DNA of 64,000 nucleotides from Candidatus Eiseniibacteriota bacterium (GTDB lineage Bacteria; Eisenbacteria; RBG-16-71-46; CAZAMP01): NCBI GenBank assembly GCA_965224245.1, contig OZ245046.1, positions 4,912,484 to 4,976,483 of the forward strand, read 5' to 3'. Shown piece by piece: positions 58,643 to 64,000 of this stretch (position 1 is its first letter; each line of letters starts with the position of its first letter). The notes under the pieces were generated by a model. It saw only the letters and a program-made list of their open reading frames with translations, ran no database searches and was not told where the DNA came from. The position numbers and the translations under genes were made by a program.

Positions 58643-59833
58643 TGGGGCTCCCCAGTTGGTCACCAAGAAGTCGATCGCGTTCTGTCCGATGATGGCGTTC
58701 GCCGCGCGCTCCCCGAACGCGTGCACGAGCCTCGCGCGCAGCCGGCCGATCTGGCTGACGCGCTCGATGTCGTAGGGCCCGGGAATGTAGCCCTCGAAGT
58801 CGGTTCCGATCGCGACGTGATCGAAGCCGCCGGTCAGCTTGCCGACGTGCTGGGTGGTCCGGACCACGTCGTCGAGACCGCCGTATGCGCGCGCCAGGGG
58901 CTGGGTGGCGTAGTTGCCCAGGAAGTACGGCATCAGAATGACGCCGACGACGCCGCCGCGGCTCGCGATCTCCTGGATGAGCTCGTCGGGAAGCGAGTAC
59001 GGGTGCGCGCCGAGCGCGGCCACCGAGGAGTGCGTGGCCAGCACCGGGTACCGCGACACGCGCAGCACGTCGGCCACGGTTGGCGCCGCCGCGTGCGAGA
59101 CGTCGACCAGGACGCCGGCGTCGTTCATCGCGCTCACGATGTCGGCGCCCAGCGCCGTCAACCCGTGTCGCGGCGGCGGGGTGAACGCATCCGGAAAGAA
59201 CGGGATCGCATTGCCGCTGGCGCCGACCCCCCTTCCGAAGAAGTGCGTGACCGTGATCAGCGCGACGCCGCGGTCGGCGAACATCCTCACCGCATCCGGT
59301 GAGCCGCCGAGGTGATGACCTCCCTCGAGGGTGTGCACGACCGCGATCCGGTAGTCGGGGTGGATCTCGCCGTCGTCCGTCGTCTTCCGGGCGTCGGTGA
59401 GCCGCTTCAGGTCCGCCGGTGTTCGTGCGAGCTCCGCGTACGGCGCCGCCGTCGTGGAGAGCTCGAACTCCAGCTGGTCCAGCATGCGCAGCGCCTGACG
59501 CGGCGCGTCGGGATTCGGATCGACGGGCATCGACGCGAACTCGTCGAACAGGTTGAAGTGCGCGACCGCCATCATGTCGATGCCCGCGCGCCACGCCCGC
59601 TCCCAGCTCACGTCGGTGTGATTCAAGAGGTTCTCGGCCAGGTCGGCCAGGGCGGGCGCGGACGTGCCCACGGCGCTGTACCGGATCCAGCTGGCGATCA
59701 GCGGATGCACGTGGAGATCGGCGAGCTGGCGACGCGACAGATCGTTCGCGAGCGCCGGGGGTGCCGGCAGGCCTGACGCCGCCATCGCGGCGACCGCCGC
59801 AGCGGTGGTGCGGAGAAACCGCCGGCGGCTCAT
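58595..59833 (-). CDS. Membrane dipeptidase, peptidase family M19 (amidohydrolase fold), with a twin-arginine signal.
   Basis: TAT motif 'MSRRRFLRTTAAAVAAMAASGLPAPPALA'. Motifs 'DLHVHPL', 'VHTLEGGHHL', 'VSHAA', 'ATHSS', 'HVAIGTDFEGY'. Confidence 0.75.
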   Translation of the reverse strand: MSRRRFLRTTAAAVAAMAASGLPAPPALANDLSRRQLADLHVHPLIASWIRYSAVGTSAPALADLAENLLNHTDVSWERAWRAGIDMMAVAHFNLFDEFASMPVDPNPDAPRQALRMLDQLEFELSTTAAPYAELARTPADLKRLTDARKTTDDGEIHPDYRIAVVHTLEGGHHLGGSPDAVRMFADRGVALITVTHFFGRGVGASGNAIPFFPDAFTPPPRHGLTALGADIVSAMNDAGVLVDVSHAAAPTVADVLRVSRYPVLATHSSVAALGAHPYSLPDELIQEIASRGGVVGVILMPYFLGNYATQPLARAYGGLDDVVRTTQHVGKLTGGFDHVAIGTDFEGYIPGPYDIERVSQIGRLRARLVHAFGERAANAIIGQNAIDFLVTNWGAPCPEAESDHSSPASRS

Positions 59834-60299
59834 GTCCTGACCCGACGCGAGGCCCTTCGACGGCCGATCGACTCGCGACGCGCGAGGCGGCCCAGGCACG
59901 GGCGTCATGGCGTGCGACCTCTCCCGATGGCGTCCGGATTCACTCGACGCGCGCGTACGTGACGATTGAGACCGCAATGTACCAGCATGCGTCGGGCCCC
60001 TCAATTCGCGTCGCGGTGGTCGGCACGGCGCGGGCGATGATCCTCTAACACAAAGTTATTCATGCATTTGAAGCGACGACCGTCGCGGGCGGGTCGGCGT
60101 CCTGGAGCCATCGGTTCGATGCGTTCGGGCACCGAACGACGGCTGTCTCCGGTTTCCCCACGGGCCCGGGTTACACATCGAGCCCCGAGTGCGCCTCTCC
60201 CCATGTCGGCAGGTACGCCGTAGCTCGTCTCCCCCGCGACCTCCTCCTCGCGGGCCGACGGAGCCGGCGCGCCCGTAACCCGTTGGTCCGCAGTAATCG

Positions 60300-63170
60300 A
60301 TGAGGATGAGAACGATGTCGAAGACGAGATGGAATGCCTTGACACTGGCGTGTATCGCCACCGTCGCGACCCTCGGCGCCGTCGCGGACGCGTCGTTCGC
60401 CGAGAGCGCCGATGCGCACAGGACGCACCCCTCCGAGAGCATCCCGTTCGGCCCGGGGACACCGGCTCCGCCCGATCCGGACAACCGGTGCGAGCTCTCA
60501 CGCGTGTACCTGAGCCACGGTGAAACGCTGTCACCCGCGGCCGCGTCCGCGGAACGCGCATGCGACCTCGTGACCGATCGGTCCCCGGCCACCGCGATCA
60601 CGATCCCCGGCGCGGACCACGCGCTCGAGATCCGCTTCATCGGCGCGCCGCGATGGGTCAACCGGGTCTCGGTGGACACCGACGGCGACGTGAGCATCGA
60701 TGCCTGGATGCTCGACGGCTCGTGGAAGCCCCTGGGCACCGTCGCCGCCGGCGAGGTCCTGGAGACGTCCGATCTCCGCGTCCGGGGTCTCAGGGTCTCC
60801 CCGCCGGATCCGGCTCAGGGTGACCTGGCGATCTCCGACGTCGACGCGCGGTGGGTTCAGTTCGATCCCGATCATGGATCCGACACCGCGCGCAGCGGCG
60901 GCTACCTCTATCACTACGACTGGGTCAACGACTACCCATGGACGTCGAACCTCAGCAAGTGCGACAACGACGCGAGGGGACTGCGCGACAAGCTCCCGGG
61001 CTGGGGCTGGGGCGGTCACGGCAACTCGAGCGCACACGAGCATCACTTCGTACGCGACGACATCGGATCGGGGCAGAACACGAACCACATCGACTGGGCC
61101 GACCTGAGCTACTTCTCGGGGCACGGGAGCGGCTCGATCTACGACGGCGGCTACGAAGCGAACTACGGTGCGATGCGGTTCGGCGTCTCGGTCGATGGCA
61201 CGGCCATGAATCCCAGCGAGGGCTATCACGCGTGGGGCAACTCGAACATGGAGTGGCTGATGGCCACGTCCTGCCAGACGCTCAACGACGTCTCGCGCGG
61301 CGTGTGGTACCACACCATGGCGGGCATGCACCTGTTCTGCGGCACCGTCACGAACATCTACGACAAGGACTACGGCAGCGCGATCGGTCGGAAGCTCGTG
61401 GACTCGGGTGCGTTCGACTCGGCGGACAAGGTGCGCATCGCGTGGTTCGACGCGCTCGACTATCGCAACTACTCGGGCATGGCCCAGATCGTCGGCGAGA
61501 CGTCGAGCTGCGGCAACGACTACATCTGGGGCCAGGGCTCGGTGGTGGCCGACCCGACCCACGACGGCTACTACGCCTACTGGCACCGGGATCTCTCGGG
61601 CCTGCGCGAGCCCGGTGAGTCGATCCTCGAGACGCACATGATCTCGAACCCCGAGCGGTACCGCCCGCCCTCCGATCCCGTCGTGTTCGCCAGGACCGGC
61701 GAGAACGGCATCCGGGTATCCATCGATCGGTCCGTGATGTCGCAACGACGCGGCACCTTCGTGACCTCCTACCTGGTCGTCTCGACTGCCGCCGAGCCGG
61801 TCTACGTTCGGGGCATCGCGGACGCGATCTGTGCCCGCACCGGTGCGCTCTGCGGCGGCGACATCGGCCCCGGACACGAGGGCGAGATGTGCCTCGTGGT
61901 GGGCCCCGACGAGCTGACCGTGTACGACGGCAGCGGTGGCTGGGAGTTCAAGGACGTCGAGTCCTGGCTCGCGTGGCACACGACGCCGCCCGCCATTCCC
62001 ATGGGCACCGCGGCGCAGGCGCTGGCCGACGGCGTCGTCCGCGACGTCCTCGGCGCGATGCCGGACGACGCGGTGTTCGATCGCGTCGACTACATCGGGC
62101 AAGGCGGCATGTTCGCGCCCGAAGACGGACCGGAACGGATCGATCCCGACAGCACGTTCACCATCGGATCGCGCGCGCTGTATCAGCGGCGCATCGCCGA
62201 CGGACCGAACAGCTATCCCGTCGTGGGTGGCGCCAAGATGTCCGTCACGTTCGGGAACGGCGGCGACGTGGATCGCTTCTTCGTGAACGGATGGCGGAAG
62301 ATGGTGCCCGGCGAGTCGGTGCCGGTGATCGACTTCTCGGAGGTCGTCGACGGACTGACCGAGAACGGCTGGGCGGCCACCGTCGACCCGATCCGCACGC
62401 CGGCCGACGAGATCCAGATCACCGACGTGGAGATCGGCTACTACGAGCCCGGCGCCGACATCGACGTGGACGAGATCAAGCCGGTGTACGTGATTCGCGC
62501 CAACCTCCTGGTCGACGGCGAGTCGACCGGGACCCCGGCCGAGTTCTATGCGTGGGTCGAGTATCCGGGGCTGACCGGAGAGATCCTCAGCCCGGCCGAC
62601 AGCAGCGTGGTCGAGCCCGGCTCGATCGTCTGCTTCGACGCGCGCGGAAACGGTGGTGCGCCGCCCTACACGTACGAGTGGGTCGACGAGACCGGCGCGG
62701 TCGTGGGGGTAGGTGAGTCGATCTGCATCCCGGTCGACCTTCCGCCGCTGGGGCACGAGGAGCAGGAGTACGTCCGCACGTTCGAGGTGCGCGTGCGCGA
62801 CAGCGACGGCAACGAGGCGAACGACGAGGTGCGCGTGTACCTGGCCGATGCGCTGGCCACCGAGAGCGTGTCGAGCCCCGTCGCGTTCACGCTGGGTCAG
62901 AACCGACCGAACCCGTTCAACCCGCGCACGACGATCTCGTTCGAGATCCCGACGTCGGCGGGCGATGCGGTCGACGTTCACCTCGCCATCTACGACGCGC
63001 GGGGACGCCGCGTGCGGACGCTGGTCGACGGCGCGCGCGTGCCCAACCGTTACACGGTCACCTGGGACGGCATGGATGACTCGGGGCTCGCGGTGTCGAG
63101 CGGGATCTACTTCTCGCGGCTCGAGGCGCCCGGGTTCCAGGCCACGCGACAGATGACGCTCATCAGATGA
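60300..63170 (+). CDS. Large secreted protein with a putative caspase-fold (clan CD, gingipain/clostripain-like) cysteine-peptidase core and a FlgD-Ig/T9SS-type C-terminal domain.
   Basis: Signal peptide 'WNALTLACIATVATLGAVADASFA'. His/Cys dyad context 'DLSYFSGHGSGS' ... (50 aa) ... 'NMEWLMATSCQTLN', each after a hydrophobic beta-strand. C-terminus 'NRPNPFNPRTTISFEIP...VHLAIYDARGRRVRTLVDG...VTWDGMDDSGLAVSSGIYFSRL'. Confidence 0.5.
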   Translation: MRMRTMSKTRWNALTLACIATVATLGAVADASFAESADAHRTHPSESIPFGPGTPAPPDPDNRCELSRVYLSHGETLSPAAASAERACDLVTDRSPATAITIPGADHALEIRFIGAPRWVNRVSVDTDGDVSIDAWMLDGSWKPLGTVAAGEVLETSDLRVRGLRVSPPDPAQGDLAISDVDARWVQFDPDHGSDTARSGGYLYHYDWVNDYPWTSNLSKCDNDARGLRDKLPGWGWGGHGNSSAHEHHFVRDDIGSGQNTNHIDWADLSYFSGHGSGSIYDGGYEANYGAMRFGVSVDGTAMNPSEGYHAWGNSNMEWLMATSCQTLNDVSRGVWYHTMAGMHLFCGTVTNIYDKDYGSAIGRKLVDSGAFDSADKVRIAWFDALDYRNYSGMAQIVGETSSCGNDYIWGQGSVVADPTHDGYYAYWHRDLSGLREPGESILETHMISNPERYRPPSDPVVFARTGENGIRVSIDRSVMSQRRGTFVTSYLVVSTAAEPVYVRGIADAICARTGALCGGDIGPGHEGEMCLVVGPDELTVYDGSGGWEFKDVESWLAWHTTPPAIPMGTAAQALADGVVRDVLGAMPDDAVFDRVDYIGQGGMFAPEDGPERIDPDSTFTIGSRALYQRRIADGPNSYPVVGGAKMSVTFGNGGDVDRFFVNGWRKMVPGESVPVIDFSEVVDGLTENGWAATVDPIRTPADEIQITDVEIGYYEPGADIDVDEIKPVYVIRANLLVDGESTGTPAEFYAWVEYPGLTGEILSPADSSVVEPGSIVCFDARGNGGAPPYTYEWVDETGAVVGVGESICIPVDLPPLGHEEQEYVRTFEVRVRDSDGNEANDEVRVYLADALATESVSSPVAFTLGQNRPNPFNPRTTISFEIPTSAGDAVDVHLAIYDARGRRVRTLVDGARVPNRYTVTWDGMDDSGLAVSSGIYFSRLEAPGFQATRQMTLIR

Positions 63171-63418
63171 CGTGATGGCGGGCCGTCGGCGCCCAGGTCG
63201 TCGGACCTTGCGCGGCGACGGCGGCCGGCCCCGAACGGCCCTCATCACGTCCTGCCCCGGGACGCCGATCCGGTCACTGGAGCCGGGTCGGCGTCTCTTC
63301 TTCTCCACCGGCGCATCTCAGCCGTCCGGCGGCCGCCGGATCCATCCCGGGCCCTCTTCGAGCCGATGAATCCACCATCTCGATTGGACACCATTCCCGC
63401 TCGAACAGGAGATCGAAG

Positions 63419-64000
63419 ATGAAGCTCGCCAGCCTCGGTGCCCTCGCCCTCATGGGTGCGATCGGGTTCTCGACCGGATGCTCGCCCGCCGCCATGAAGC
63501 AGCAAACGCTCGTCCCGGAGCTCACGTCACCGCCCGCCGGCGTGCGCTCGGTGCGCACGATGTCCACGACCACGCCCGAGGTCGTGGAGATCTCCAGCCG
63601 CGGGGGCTCGATGCAGCTGGGACTGTACGAGCTCGGCGAGCTCGTGCGCCTCGATCTCGTCCTGCACAACGACACGGACAAGCCGCTGCGCCTCCCCGCG
63701 TCGTTCTTCACGCTGGCCGATGCGAACGGGGTCGAGATGGTGCGGCTCGACACGCACGACGCGGCCAATCGCACGCTGGTCGACGAGGACACGGGGCCGT
63801 ACACGCCGAAGGTCCACGCCACCGCGCGCGCGACCGGGTCCGACGACCCGGCGGACGACGCGCACCGCTCGCGCGGGTCGATCGCGCTGGGCATGGCCGG
63901 CGACGAGGGCATGTCGGCGATCATGGCCGCCGAGGCGATCTACGCGACCGGGCTCGCGGACGAGACCGAGATCGAGCCCCACGCGACCCTCCACGCGACG
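63419..64000 (+). CDS. Lipoprotein, 3'-truncated by the window end (not in the supplied ORF track).
   Basis: RBS 'caggagatcgaag' then ATG. 'MKLASLGALALMGAIGFSTGCSPAAM' gives a lipobox FSTGC. Coding GC3 bias continues to the window end. Confidence 0.45.
   Translation, partial: MKLASLGALALMGAIGFSTGCSPAAMKQQTLVPELTSPPAGVRSVRTMSTTTPEVVEISSRGGSMQLGLYELGELVRLDLVLHNDTDKPLRLPASFFTLADANGVEMVRLDTHDAANRTLVDEDTGPYTPKVHATARATGSDDPADDAHRSRGSIALGMAGDEGMSAIMAAEAIYATGLADETEIEPHATLHAT

Noticed and set aside
56901-59594. Single 897-aa ORF.
   Set aside because: The N-terminal 326 codons are antisense to the M19 dipeptidase, which has clear motifs on the same strand in another frame. The real product is a lipoprotein starting at 58642.

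Overview
This is a high-GC (about 70%) bacterial chromosomal window with strong GC3 codon bias. Many six-frame ORFs are antisense or alternate-frame artefacts of that bias, so I call only ORFs supported by recognisable motifs, signal peptides, or start and RBS context. What is in the window, in order:

- The 5' end is an operon-like block encoding a VgrG/gp27-gp5-like spike protein, two unknown proteins and a PAAR-repeat protein. It reads as a contractile-injection, phage-tail-like or T6SS spike module, truncated by the window edge.
- Housekeeping genes follow: an Fe/Mn superoxide dismutase, an RsuA-family pseudouridine synthase, and an exported MsrB-MsrA fusion.
- A very large accessory secretome comes next. 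It includes LVIVD beta-propeller proteins, a 1952-aa protein with 15-17 Ig-like repeats plus a C-type lectin domain, an HAF-repeat protein and beta-helix proteins. At least eight of these proteins end in the same FlgD-Ig/T9SS-type C-terminal domain.
- A DUF222-HNH endonuclease sits between two perfect tandem-repeat arrays.
- A class II (B12-dependent) ribonucleotide reductase gene, nrdJ, is interrupted by a 301-aa intein.
- One beta-propeller/thioredoxin-like secreted protein is split by an in-frame TGA exactly at the first Cys of its CxxC redox motif. A hairpin lies immediately downstream, making it a candidate selenoprotein (UxxC).
- The 3' half carries three regulatory or export clusters: a TPR-sigma54 activator next to a DUF4157 metallopeptidase-like protein, an ECF-sigma / zinc anti-sigma / TPR-CHAT / Cys-rich secreted protein cluster, and a CsgG-like / outer-membrane beta-barrel / lipoprotein / TAT-dipeptidase cluster. 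A caspase-fold peptidase-like protein with the T9SS-type C-terminal domain follows them.

I saw no rRNA, no convincing tRNA and no CRISPR array.
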